Shown: positions 18,495 to 28,177 of the stretch, in pieces
How positions within the stretch are numbered: the first letter of the stretch is position 1
Layout of the letters: the number at the start of each line of letters is the position of its first letter
NCBI GenBank assembly: GCA_964657795.1
Contig: CAZZWS010000004.1
Coordinates: 1 to 45,515 of the forward strand
Direction of reading: 5' to 3'
From: Beijerinckiaceae bacterium
Lineage (GTDB): Bacteria > Pseudomonadota > Gammaproteobacteria > Burkholderiales > Burkholderiaceae_D
Length of the DNA: 45,515 bases
Notes under the pieces: generated by a model
The model's input: the letters and a program-made list of their open reading frames with translations, nothing else
What the model was told of the DNA's origin: nothing
Database searches by the model: none
Program-made: the position numbers and the translations under genes

Positions 18495-20306
18495 ATGCCC
18501 GCCATCTACCGCCCACCGCTTCGCGACATGCAGTTCGTGATGCATGAATTGCTAGACATCACGTCGTCGCTGCAGCAGATCCCCGCCTTCGCGGAGATCG
18601 ACGCGGACACGATCGATCAGGTGCTGTCGGAGGCTGGCAAGTTCTGCGCGGAGGTGCTGCTGCCGCTCAACCTGTCCGGCGATCAGGAAGGTTGCCGTTT
18701 CGATGCGGCGACCCACACGGTGACGGTGCCGAAGGGCTACAAGGAAGCGTATCGGCAGTACCGCGACGGCGGCTGGCCGTCGTTGTCGGCGGAACCCGAG
18801 TTCGGCGGGCAGGGCCTGCCGCATCTGATCGAGATCGCGTTCTCGGAGATGAAGTACGCGACGAACCAGGCGTGGACGATGTATCCGTCGCTCGCGCACG
18901 GCGCTTACTCGGCACTGCTCGCGCACGGCACGGACGCGCAGAAGAAGCTCTATCTGCCGAAGATCGTGTCCGGTGAATGGCTGGGCACGATGTGCCTGAC
19001 GGAGTCGCATTGCGGCACCGACCTCGGGATGCTGCGGACCAGGGCCGAGCCGACGAACGACGGAAGCTACGCGCTGACCGGCAACAAGATCTTCATCTCG
19101 TCGGGCGAGCACGACATGGCCGACAACATCGTGCACCTCGTGCTGGCCCGCCTGCCCGACGCACCGGCCGGCTCGAAGGGCATCTCGCTGTTCGTCGTCC
19201 CCAAGTTCCTTCCCGTGGGCGAGGACGAGCACGCGACCGTCGGTGCCCGCAATCCGATCTTCTGCGGCGCCATCGAACACAAGATGGGCATCCACGGCAA
19301 CGCGACCTGCCAGCTCAACCTCGACGGCGCGACCGGCTGGATGGTGGGCGAGCCCAACAAGGGCCTGGCCGCGATGTTCGTGATGATGAACGGCGCGCGG
19401 CTCGGCGTCGGCGTGCAGGGCCTCGGCCTGACCGACATCGCGTACCAGAACGCCGCGGCCTACGCGAAGGACCGCATCCAGGGCCGCTCGCTGTCCGGGC
19501 CGAAGGAACCCGGGCTCCAGGCCGATCCGATCATCGTGCATCCCGACGTCCGCAAGATGCTGCTGACGGCGCGGGCCTATGCCGAAGGCGGCCGCGCGTT
19601 CGCGACGTGGGTCGCGTTGCAGGCCGACCTGGCACATCACCCCGACGAGAGCGTGCGCAAGGACGCCGACGACATGATGGCGTTGATGACACCGGTCGTG
19701 AAGGCGTTCATGACGGACAACGGCTTCAACGCGGCGTCTGGCTGTCTGCAGGTCTTCGGCGGTCACGGCTACATCGCCGAGTGGGGCATCGAGCAGATCG
19801 TGCGCGACGCGCGCATCAACATGATCTACGAAGGCACCAACACCATCCAGGCGCTCGACCTGCTCGGCCGCAAGGTGCTGTCGGACAATGGCGCGCGGAT
19901 GAAGAAGTTCGCGAAGATGATCGGCGCGTTCGTGGTTGCCGAGCAGGGCGACGCGGCGATGGCCGACGCAATGGCTGAATTCGTCGCGCCGCTGGCCGAC
20001 CTCGGCGACAAGGTCAACAAGCTGACGATGGAACTCGGCATGAAGGCGATGCAGAGCCCCGACGAAGTGGGCGCCGCGGCCGTCGACTATCTGCGGGTCA
20101 TCGGGCATCTGGTCTACGCGTACTTCTGGGCGCGGATGGCGAAGGTGGCGCTGGCCAAGCTCGATGGCGGCGACCCGTTCTATGCGGCCAAGCTCGCCAC
20201 CGCGCGCTTCTACTTTGCCAAGCTGTTGCCGGAGACCGCATCCGCGTTCCGCACGGCGCGCGCGGGGTCGCAGGTGCTGATGGAGATGGACGCGGAGCTG
20301 TTCTAG
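18495..20306 (+). CDS. Acyl-CoA dehydrogenase (about 600-aa long-chain type)
   Basis: GTMCLTESHCGTD, KIFISSGEHD, IEHKMGIHGNATC, QVFGGHGY, IYEGTNTIQALDL. Confidence 0.95.
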   Translation: MPAIYRPPLRDMQFVMHELLDITSSLQQIPAFAEIDADTIDQVLSEAGKFCAEVLLPLNLSGDQEGCRFDAATHTVTVPKGYKEAYRQYRDGGWPSLSAEPEFGGQGLPHLIEIAFSEMKYATNQAWTMYPSLAHGAYSALLAHGTDAQKKLYLPKIVSGEWLGTMCLTESHCGTDLGMLRTRAEPTNDGSYALTGNKIFISSGEHDMADNIVHLVLARLPDAPAGSKGISLFVVPKFLPVGEDEHATVGARNPIFCGAIEHKMGIHGNATCQLNLDGATGWMVGEPNKGLAAMFVMMNGARLGVGVQGLGLTDIAYQNAAAYAKDRIQGRSLSGPKEPGLQADPIIVHPDVRKMLLTARAYAEGGRAFATWVALQADLAHHPDESVRKDADDMMALMTPVVKAFMTDNGFNAASGCLQVFGGHGYIAEWGIEQIVRDARINMIYEGTNTIQALDLLGRKVLSDNGARMKKFAKMIGAFVVAEQGDAAMADAMAEFVAPLADLGDKVNKLTMELGMKAMQSPDEVGAAAVDYLRVIGHLVYAYFWARMAKVALAKLDGGDPFYAAKLATARFYFAKLLPETASAFRTARAGSQVLMEMDAELF

Positions 20307-20347
20307 CCGCTGCCGACGATCGGTTCGAGTACGTCGACGGAACGTCG

Positions 20348-20848
20348 TCAGCCAGACACGACGCGGTCGATGCGACAGGCGAAGCAGCCGCGGCGGGCGT
20401 AATGCGCATGAACGAACGCGACGTCCGGTCGCGCGAAGAGACGATCGATCAGCGTCTCGACATCACGACCTTCGACGAGATCGGCATCGACCATCAACCC
20501 TTCGCCATCGAACGCGCGCAGGGACAACGTGCGTCGACGCAAGACCTCGGGAACGCGGTCGACGGCGTCGTAAGTCATCGTGGCGCCTTCGACGACGTAG
20601 ATCGCATGACTCGACTGGTAAGGTCCCGACTCGGGAAGATGCCGATGATTGACCAGGATGACCGTCTCGCCGATTTCGGCCTCGCGCAGCTCGATGCGAT
20701 CCGGGAAGCCGGGCCGGGCATCGACGACCTGACGAAGCGCGTGTTGGCGCGCGAGATCCGCGTCGGACAACGCCCACAGATGCTGGAAGGGTCCGGCGGG
20801 CAGACCGGTGATGCGGAACGGCCTGCGTTCGTTCGTGAGAATGTCCAT
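20348..20848 (-). CDS. DUF1203-like protein
   Basis: C-terminal part of ORF 20348..21445; GGAGG RBS before ATG 20848; PGFPDRIEL, PYQSSHAIYV, SLRAFD, HAHYARRGCFAC. Confidence 0.8.
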   Translation of the reverse strand: MDILTNERRPFRITGLPAGPFQHLWALSDADLARQHALRQVVDARPGFPDRIELREAEIGETVILVNHRHLPESGPYQSSHAIYVVEGATMTYDAVDRVPEVLRRRTLSLRAFDGEGLMVDADLVEGRDVETLIDRLFARPDVAFVHAHYARRGCFACRIDRVVSG

Positions 20849-21004
20849 GTCGCCTCCATGTGACCGGACTGTAGCCGTGGCCTCGATCGATGACTCGCCG
20901 GAATCGGACATGGAGTTGCCGGCCGCGGGCCATCGCGACGACGGCCGCACCGCGCGTCCCGGGACGCGACCGATGACATCGCCATCCACAAGTCCGGAGT
21001 TCGC

Positions 21005-21571
21005 ATGACGCCGCCTCGCATCGTTCCACTCGAAGAACCCTTTCCATCGGAGGTCGGCCCGCTTCTGGCCACGATGACGCCGGCCGGGGCGGCGAATCCT
21101 CTCGCGCTGTTCCGCGTCCTCGCGAAGAACGCCGCGCTCTTCGAACGCATGATGGCCACCGGCGGCCATTTCCTCGGTCAGCACTCCACACTGTCGGTCC
21201 GCGATCGCGAGATCGTGATCGACCGCACTTGCGCGCGTTGCGGCAACGAGTACGAATGGGGCGTGCACGTGACCCGGTACGCGCAGGCCGCCGGTCTCGA
21301 CGAGGCCGCGATCCGTCATACGGTCGCGTATCCGCCCGACCCCGATGCCTGGATGCCGAACGAGGTCGCGCTGATCGAGATGGTCGACGGCCTGCACGCG
21401 AAGTCGACCCTGGACGACGAGGCGTGGTCCGCATTGGCCGCGCATTACGACGAGGCGCAGATCATCGAACTCGTCGCGTTGTGCGGCTGGTATCGGACCC
21501 TCTCGTACCTGTGCAACGCGCTACGCGTGCCGCTGGAATCGTGGCAGGCGCGCTTGCCGAAGGCGCTGTGA
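21005..21571 (+). CDS. Carboxymuconolactone decarboxylase/AhpD-like family protein
   Basis: RDREIVIDRTCARCGNEYEWGVH, QIIELVALCGWY; GGAG RBS. Confidence 0.82.
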   Translation: MTPPRIVPLEEPFPSEVGPLLATMTPAGAANPLALFRVLAKNAALFERMMATGGHFLGQHSTLSVRDREIVIDRTCARCGNEYEWGVHVTRYAQAAGLDEAAIRHTVAYPPDPDAWMPNEVALIEMVDGLHAKSTLDDEAWSALAAHYDEAQIIELVALCGWYRTLSYLCNALRVPLESWQARLPKAL

Positions 21572-22011
21572 TGCAGACGACGCCCGACATCCGCGACGCC
21601 GTCACCGCGCTGTTCACGCAGCCGGGCTTCATCACGGACCTCGGCGTGACCTTCGTCGACTGCGGACCCGGCTGGTGCACGACGCGGCTCGCGTTGCAGC
21701 CGCGTCATCTGCAGCACACCGGCGTCGTCCATGCGGGCGTGGTGTCGACGATCGCCGACCACACCGCCGGCGCGAGCGCGATGACGCTGCTCGACGTGAC
21801 GATGGTCCCGGTCACGGTGGAGTTCAAGATCCATCTGCTGCGTGCGGCGCGAGGGTCGCATCTCGAGTGCCGGGCCGAGGTCCTGAAGCCTGGCGCACGT
21901 TTCCTCGTCACGGAAGCGACCGTCACCGCCGTCGACGGCGCGTCACGCGTGACGGTCGCCAAGCTGATCGGCACGATGGCGCCGGTGGCCGCGCAGAAAT
22001 CGCGTTCCTGA
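21571..22011 (+). CDS. PaaI family hot-dog thioesterase
   Basis: HLQHTGVVHAGVVSTIADHTAG, TVEFKIHLLR; ATG overlaps the upstream TGA. Confidence 0.88.
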   Translation: MQTTPDIRDAVTALFTQPGFITDLGVTFVDCGPGWCTTRLALQPRHLQHTGVVHAGVVSTIADHTAGASAMTLLDVTMVPVTVEFKIHLLRAARGSHLECRAEVLKPGARFLVTEATVTAVDGASRVTVAKLIGTMAPVAAQKSRS

Positions 22012-22123
22012 TTGCATTGTCCGATCGGGAAGCATCACGCTTGCCCAAGTACCTTTGATCATCGATAATGGCATACGATATTGTTTGATGCGTTAATCCT
22101 GAGGTCGCGCCGCAATCGATCCG

Positions 22124-22573
22124 ATGACCAAGACCAAGCTCTCGCCGCCGGCGCCGACGCTCGACGGGCAGCTCTGCTTCGCGCTGTACTCCGCTTCGCT
22201 CGCGATGACCAGGGCCTATCGGCCGCTGCTGGCCCCGCTGGGTCTCACCTATCCGCAGTACGTCGTGATGTTGGCGCTGTGGGAACACCAGGAACTCTCC
22301 GTGGGTGCGCTCGGCGATCGCGTCGCGCTCGATTCCGGCACCCTCGCGCCGCTGCTGCGCAAGCTCAAGACGGCCGGGCTGATCGATCGGATGCGCAGCC
22401 CGCACGACGATCGCTCGGTCCTGCTCTCGGTGACGCCCGCAGGCCGGCGCCTGCAACAAGACGCCATCGCGCTGCAAGGGCTCATCCAAAGCGCCACCGG
22501 CTGCAGCGACCCGCAGCGAAGAACACTGCTGCGCGGCCTGCGCAAGCTGCGGACGGCGCTGGCCGATCGCTGA
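22124..22573 (+). CDS. ohrR: MarR family organic hydroperoxide sensor OhrR
   Basis: LDGQLCFALYSAS (sensor Cys), LGLTYPQYVVM, LDSGTL, second Cys in ATGCS. Confidence 0.85.
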   Translation: MTKTKLSPPAPTLDGQLCFALYSASLAMTRAYRPLLAPLGLTYPQYVVMLALWEHQELSVGALGDRVALDSGTLAPLLRKLKTAGLIDRMRSPHDDRSVLLSVTPAGRRLQQDAIALQGLIQSATGCSDPQRRTLLRGLRKLRTALADR

Positions 22574-22629
22574 TCTCTTTTTTCACCAGAACCTTTGCGG
22601 CCCGAGGCCGCCTCACCCGGACCAGAACG

Positions 22630-23673
22630 ATGACTGCCTCCTCACACACCCGTCCGGCATCCGCTGGCATTCGCTTGCTGTCGCTCGCCACCCTCGCCGC
22701 ATCGCTCGCGTTCACGGCCACGTCGACGGTGGCCGCCGATGCCGCCCCGGCTGCCGAACAGAAACCGCTGCCGGTCGCCCTCGTCGATTCGCTCAACGCG
22801 CTGTCGGGCGGACCGCACGCCGGCTATCGCGCCAATCACGCGAAGGGCATCGTCGTCACCGGTGACTTCGTGCCGTCGGCCGACGCACCGTCGCTCAGCA
22901 AGGCGCCCCACTTCGCGCATCGAGTGCCGGTGATCGTCCGCTTCTCCAATGCGACCGGCGTGCCGACGATGCCCGACGCCGGCGCGGACGCGAGCCCGCA
23001 CGGCATCGCCATCCGCTTCCAGTTGCCTGGCGGCCTGTCGACCGACATCGTCTGCATCTCGGCCAACGGGTTTCCGGTCTCCACGCCCGAAGACTTCAAC
23101 GCGCTGCTGCAGGCCGTCGCGGCGAGCGGACCGGACGTGGCCAAGCCGACGCCGATCGAGCAGTTCCTCGGCAGCCATCCCGCGGCGCTCGCCTTCGTCA
23201 CCACGCCCCGGCCCGCGCCGGAAAGCTTCGGCACGCTGGCGTTCTACGGCGTCAACGCGTTCCAGTTCACCAACGCGAAAGGCCGCAGCCACTACGTCCG
23301 CTATCGCATCCTGCCGGTCGCGGGCCTGCACGCGCTGAGCGACGAAGACGCGAAGAGCGCGTCGCCCACTTATCTGATGGACGAACTGCCGACGCGCATC
23401 GCGAAGGGTCCCGTCAAGTTCCGCCTCGTCGCGCAGGTTGCCGAAGACGGCGACAAGATCGACGACGCGACGGTGGTGTGGCCCGAGGAACGCAAGCTGG
23501 TCGAGCTCGGCGTCGTCACGCTGAACACGACCGCTCCCGATCAGGCGGAGACACAGAAGAAGCTGCTGTTCAATCCGGTGTCGTTGCCGGCCGGCATCGC
23601 GCCGTCGAACGACCCGGTACTGCTGGCCCGCTTTCCCGCGTACGCGGTGAGCTATCGTCAGCGCCTTCAGTAG
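22630..23673 (+). CDS. Exported catalase-related heme peroxidase (SrpA-like)
   Basis: C-terminal part of ORF 22081..23673; signal peptide, RANHAKG (distal His), VRFS, proximal R-x3-Y in ARFPAYAVS. Confidence 0.88.
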   Translation: MTASSHTRPASAGIRLLSLATLAASLAFTATSTVAADAAPAAEQKPLPVALVDSLNALSGGPHAGYRANHAKGIVVTGDFVPSADAPSLSKAPHFAHRVPVIVRFSNATGVPTMPDAGADASPHGIAIRFQLPGGLSTDIVCISANGFPVSTPEDFNALLQAVAASGPDVAKPTPIEQFLGSHPAALAFVTTPRPAPESFGTLAFYGVNAFQFTNAKGRSHYVRYRILPVAGLHALSDEDAKSASPTYLMDELPTRIAKGPVKFRLVAQVAEDGDKIDDATVVWPEERKLVELGVVTLNTTAPDQAETQKKLLFNPVSLPAGIAPSNDPVLLARFPAYAVSYRQRLQ

Positions 23674-23703
23674 ACATCAGCGACCCCACCCCTATCGGAA
23701 TCC

Positions 23704-24468
23704 ATGGACATCCAGACCAGCATCGACGCGAACGTCCTCACCATCACCCTCGATCGCCCCGCCAAGAAGAACGCGATCACGGCCGCGATGTACCAGGCGT
23801 TCGCCGACGCGCTGCATGGCGGCGAGGACGATCCGGCGGTGCGGGTGATCGTGATCGCGGGTCGGCCCGAGATCTTCACCGCAGGCAACGATCTCGAGGA
23901 CTTCATGAAGTCCCCGCCGCACGGCGACGACAGCCCGGTGTTCCGCTTCCTCAAGATCATCAGCACGATGGGCAAGCCGGTCATCGCGGCCGTGCGCGGC
24001 GCGGCGGTCGGCGTCGGCACGACGCTGCTGCTGCATTGCGACCTCGTGTACGCCGGGCGCAGCGCGAAGTTCTCCATGCCGTTCGTGCAGCTCGGCCTGT
24101 GCCCCGAAGCCGCGTCGAGCCTGCTGCTGCCGCGTCTGATCGGCTACCGCCACGCAGCCGCCAAGCTGCTGCTCGGCGAGGCATTCGGCGCCGACGAGGC
24201 GCTGTCGATGGGCTTCGTCAATCAGGTGCTCGACGACGAGGCGGTGCTCGCCCACGCGCATGCGCAGGCCGCGAAGCTTGCGGCGTTGCCGATGACGTCG
24301 CTGCGCACGACGAAGTGGCTGATGAAGAACGACGACGCCCCGGAGATCGCCGAGCGCATGCAGAAGGAAGGCGCCGCGTTCCGCGAGATGCTGAGCGCAC
24401 CCGAGGCGCGCGAAGCCTTCGCGGCGTTCTTCGAGAAGCGGAAGCCGGACTTCAGGCAGTTCGCCTGA
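23704..24468 (+). CDS. Enoyl-CoA hydratase/isomerase
   Basis: RPAKKNAIT, FTAGNDL, GAAVGVG, LGLCPEAASS, AFFEKRKPDF. Confidence 0.93.
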   Translation: MDIQTSIDANVLTITLDRPAKKNAITAAMYQAFADALHGGEDDPAVRVIVIAGRPEIFTAGNDLEDFMKSPPHGDDSPVFRFLKIISTMGKPVIAAVRGAAVGVGTTLLLHCDLVYAGRSAKFSMPFVQLGLCPEAASSLLLPRLIGYRHAAAKLLLGEAFGADEALSMGFVNQVLDDEAVLAHAHAQAAKLAALPMTSLRTTKWLMKNDDAPEIAERMQKEGAAFREMLSAPEAREAFAAFFEKRKPDFRQFA

Positions 24469-24481
24469 CGTCGAGGACGAC

Positions 24482-25123
24482 GTGACGAGCGCGGGCGAGA
24501 CCGACGCGGAGACGCTGGCGGCGTACGCGACACATGCCGCCGCGTACGCCGACGACTGGCTGTCGCAGCCGCCGCCGTTCGATTTGCAGGACGCCGTCCG
24601 CCGCCACTTTCGCGCGACGGCGGCCGGCGGCATCACCGCGGACATCGGCTGCGGCAGCGGTCGCGACGTCGACTGGCTCAATCGCAACGGCTACGCGTGC
24701 ATCGGCTTCGACGCGAGCGACGCGTTGCTGGGCGAAGCGCAGAGCCGCTTTCCCGACTGGCAGTTTCAGCCTGCCGAGCTGCCGGCGCTGGACGCCATCG
24801 CGCCGCGCACCTTCGACAACGTGTCGTGCGCGACCGTGCTGATGCATCTGCCGCGCGAGTCGATCGCGCCTTCGATCGCGGCGCTGCGCCGCATCCTCGT
24901 CGCCGACGGCGTGCTGTACCTCAGCTGGCGCGTCGTCGATGTCGATCAGCGCGACGAGCGCGGGCGGCTGTACACGGCGGTCGACGCGGCGGTCGTGCTC
25001 GACGCGCTCGCCGGGACGACCATCCTGCAGTCGGCCGAGAGCGTCAGCGCGTCGTCGGGCAGGCGCACCCACGTCGTCGTCGCCTGCGTGAACCGCAACC
25101 GCTTCGATCGCAAGCCGAAGTGA
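24482..25123 (+). CDS. Class I SAM-dependent methyltransferase
   Basis: DIGCGSGRD motif I, GFDAS, VLMHLP, GVLYLSWR; GTG start after GAGGA. Confidence 0.85.
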   Translation: MTSAGETDAETLAAYATHAAAYADDWLSQPPPFDLQDAVRRHFRATAAGGITADIGCGSGRDVDWLNRNGYACIGFDASDALLGEAQSRFPDWQFQPAELPALDAIAPRTFDNVSCATVLMHLPRESIAPSIAALRRILVADGVLYLSWRVVDVDQRDERGRLYTAVDAAVVLDALAGTTILQSAESVSASSGRRTHVVVACVNRNRFDRKPK

Positions 25124-25142
25124 TCGGCCGCGATGCGTGGCG

Positions 25143-25553
25143 CTACGGCAGCGGCGGCAGCAACCGCGGCTTCCGGTCGTTGTCGGTGGCCACGTAGGTC
25201 AGCGTGGCTTCGGTCACCTTGACCACCTCGCCACCCGGCGTATTGCGTTCCGCGAAGACCTCGACCCGGACCGTCACCGACGTCCTGCCGACCTTCACGA
25301 CGTCGGCGTAGAACGACAGCAGGTCGCCGACGAACACCGGGTTCTTGAACACGAACGAGTTGACCGCGACCGTGGCCACGCGGCCGTTGGCGCGCTTGAC
25401 CGCCGGTTGCGCGCCGGCAATGTCGACCTGCGCCATGATCCAGCCGCCGAACACGTCGCCGTGGATGTTTGCGTCGGCCGGCATCGGCATCACGCGCAGC
25501 GTCGGCTGCCGGTCCGGCAGGCCGGCGGGTTCGGGTTCGAGGGTGGCGGTCAT
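25143..25553 (-). CDS. Acyl-CoA thioesterase (YciA-like hot-dog fold)
   Basis: MPADANIHGDVFGGWIMAQVD, GRVATVAV, VGRTS. Only the last 136 aa of ORF 25143..28493 look real. Confidence 0.9.
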   Translation of the reverse strand: MTATLEPEPAGLPDRQPTLRVMPMPADANIHGDVFGGWIMAQVDIAGAQPAVKRANGRVATVAVNSFVFKNPVFVGDLLSFYADVVKVGRTSVTVRVEVFAERNTPGGEVVKVTEATLTYVATDNDRKPRLLPPLP

Positions 25554-25664
25554 CGTGAGGATCTGTGGACGACGTGATCGGCGCGCGGCGGATGCCTTGC
25601 ATTCGACGTCGGTCGTGCCATTGTAGGAAGATCGCGTCACCACGCCATCCTTCCCGTTCCACTC

Positions 25665-27638
25665 ATGCGCAGTTACGCAGAACCCCCGCCTCCCACGCCC
25701 GCCACAGCGACAGCGACAGCGACGTCGGTCCCGAACACCTCGAAGCGCTCCGAATGGGCCGTCGTGCGCTCGCTGCTGCCCTACCTCTGGCAGTTCCGAG
25801 GCCGCGTGATGCTCGCGCTGGTGTTCCTGATCGCGGCCAAGATGGGCAACGTCGGCGTGCCGCTCGTCCTCAAGCGCATCGTCGACGCGCTGTCGATCAA
25901 GCCGGGCGACCCGGTCGCCGTGCTGGTCCTGCCGGTCGCGTTGCTCGTTGCCTACGGTCTCCTGCGACTGACAACCACCACCTTCACCGAACTGCGCGAA
26001 CTGGCCTTCGCGAGGGTCACGCAGCGCGCGGTCCGCAAGGTGGCGCTCGAAGTCTTCGCGCATCTGCACGCCCTGTCGTTGCGCTTCCACCTCGAACGCC
26101 AGACCGGCGGCATGACGCGCGACATCGAACGCGGCAGCCGCGGCATCTCGTCGCTCGTCAGCTACACGCTCTTCAGCATCCTGCCGACGCTGGTCGAGCT
26201 GTCGCTGGTGCTGGGCATCCTCGCGGTCCGCTACGACAAGTGGTTCACGATCATCACGGCCGTGGCGCTGGTCGTCTACATCACGTTCACGATCAGCGTC
26301 ACCGAGTGGCGCACCCACTTCCGTCGCACGATGAACGAGCTGGACTCGAAGGCCAACGTCCGCGCGGTCGACTCGCTGCTCAACTACGAGACCGTCAAGT
26401 ACTTCAACAACGAGTCGTTCGAGACGCGGCGCTACGACGAGAGCATGCAGCGCTGGGAGCAGGCCGCGGTCAAGTCGCAGACCACGCTGTCGATGCTCAA
26501 CGTCGGCCAGTCGGCGTTGATCGCGGTCGCGGTCACGCTGATCATCTGGCGTGCGACCGTCGGCGTCATCGCAGGGCAGATGACGCTCGGCGACCTCGTG
26601 CTGGTCAACGCGTTCATGATCCAGCTCTACATCCCGCTCAACTTCCTCGGCGTGATCTATCGCGAGATCAAGCAGAGCGTGGCCGACGTCGATCGCATGT
26701 TCAACCTGCTGGATCAACATCGCGAGGTGGCCGATGCGCCCGAAGCGAAGCCGTTGAACCTCGGAGCGCCGCTCCATAAAGACGGATTGATGCCCATCGT
26801 GCAAAGGGGCACGCGCACCGACGCTTTGTTCGCGCCCGCCGTCCGCTTCGAGCACGTCGACTTCGGCTACGACGCCAACCGTCAGATCCTGTTCGACGTC
26901 GACTTCGAGATCGGCGCGGGCCAGACCGTGGCCGTGGTCGGGCCGAGCGGCTCGGGCAAGTCGACGCTCGCCCGCCTGATGTTCCGCTTCTACGACGTCT
27001 CGAGCGGCCGCATTACGATCGCCGGGCAGGACATCCGCGACGTCACGCAGTCGTCGCTGCGCGCGGCGATCGGCATCGTGCCGCAGGACACCGTGCTGTT
27101 CAACGACACGATCGGCTACAACGTCGGCTACGGCCGCGCCGGCGGCATCGATGCGGTCACGCAGACCGAGGTCGAGCAAGCCGCGCGCGCGGCCTACATC
27201 CACGACTTCGTGACGTCGCTGCCGAACGGCTACGACACGACGGTGGGCGAGCGCGGCCTCAAGCTGTCCGGCGGCGAGAAGCAGCGCGTGGCCATCGCCC
27301 GCACGCTGCTGAAGAATCCGGCGATCTTGATCTTCGACGAGGCCACGTCGGCGCTCGACACGAAGGCCGAGCTCGCGATCCAGTCCGAGCTGCGCACCAT
27401 CGCCGCCAACCACACGGCGCTGGTCATCGCGCACCGGCTGTCGACGATCGTCGACGCCGACCTGATCCTGGTGCTGGAGGCGGGCCGCATCGTGGAGCGC
27501 GGTACGCACCGCGAACTGGTCGCGCGCGGCGGGACCTACGCGACGATGTGGGCGCGGCAGCAGGCCGACCAGGGTGGCGACGGGTCCCCGCACGACCACG
27601 CGATCGAGCGACCGGATCGACGTATCGCGCTCGTCTGA
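25665..27638 (+). CDS. ABCB/Atm1-like ABC exporter (fused permease-ATPase)
   Basis: FHLERQTGG, DSLLNYETVKYF, Walker A GPSGSGKST, LSGGEKQR, FDEATSALD. Confidence 0.95.
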   Translation: MRSYAEPPPPTPATATATATSVPNTSKRSEWAVVRSLLPYLWQFRGRVMLALVFLIAAKMGNVGVPLVLKRIVDALSIKPGDPVAVLVLPVALLVAYGLLRLTTTTFTELRELAFARVTQRAVRKVALEVFAHLHALSLRFHLERQTGGMTRDIERGSRGISSLVSYTLFSILPTLVELSLVLGILAVRYDKWFTIITAVALVVYITFTISVTEWRTHFRRTMNELDSKANVRAVDSLLNYETVKYFNNESFETRRYDESMQRWEQAAVKSQTTLSMLNVGQSALIAVAVTLIIWRATVGVIAGQMTLGDLVLVNAFMIQLYIPLNFLGVIYREIKQSVADVDRMFNLLDQHREVADAPEAKPLNLGAPLHKDGLMPIVQRGTRTDALFAPAVRFEHVDFGYDANRQILFDVDFEIGAGQTVAVVGPSGSGKSTLARLMFRFYDVSSGRITIAGQDIRDVTQSSLRAAIGIVPQDTVLFNDTIGYNVGYGRAGGIDAVTQTEVEQAARAAYIHDFVTSLPNGYDTTVGERGLKLSGGEKQRVAIARTLLKNPAILIFDEATSALDTKAELAIQSELRTIAANHTALVIAHRLSTIVDADLILVLEAGRIVERGTHRELVARGGTYATMWARQQADQGGDGSPHDHAIERPDRRIALV

Positions 27639-27773
27639 CGCGGCGCGGCGCGGCGAAGCCCGTGCGTCATGCCGTCGGGACGTGACGCAGCTCCGTCGGG
27701 ACGCGGTCGCGAAGTCATGCGATGCCACACGACCCGAGCCTGTCACGATGAAGGGTTGGCATCCAGGAGGCGC

Positions 27774-28177
27774 GTGCCCAAGCTTTCCGATCAGCAAATC
27801 TCCAATATCGTCTTCAACGAGACGCGGTCGTTGAGCGGCCCGACGATCACGGACGCGCGCTTCAACATTGCGCACGCCATCATCAATACCGCGGCGTCCT
27901 CGCATTGTTTTCCGGCAATGGCCTCGGCTGTCGCGCATCCCGGCCCGGCGCAAAAGTCGATCCTGGCCGAGTGCGTGACTGCGGTGATGACCGCGAGAAG
28001 AGAGCTGCTGGCGGGCAAGGCCCCAACGCTCTGTGCTCGACATTTCAATTTTCGGAAGAACGCGTTCTCCGGCGCATTCCAGGGCCACGCCTTGAAAACA
28101 TCCGTCGGCCCTCTCGACAACGCTTATCCACCGCGGCATTGCCAGGCAGCGGCATCTATGCGAATACCTATGAATAG
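27774..28177 (+). pseudogene. Apparently frameshifted cell-wall-hydrolase-like (SleB/Hydrolase_2-like) or toxin-like gene
   Basis: AGGAGG then GTG 27774; NIVFNETRSLSG and APTLCARHF resemble the E-A-R-G-E and DPTxGAxHF motifs of SleB-like enzymes; one missing base at about 28128-28130 would continue ...NAYP into TAALPGSGIYANTYE* (stop 28177). Family call is tentative. Confidence 0.5.

Noticed and set aside
22081-23673. Apparent 530-aa catalase fusion
   Set aside because: The first ~180 aa are an off-frame read of ohrR; the signal peptide starts at ATG 22630.
25704-25721. (ACAGCG)3 tandem repeat as a phase-variation tract
   Set aside because: Short in-frame hexamer in a low-complexity N-terminus; it cannot shift the frame.
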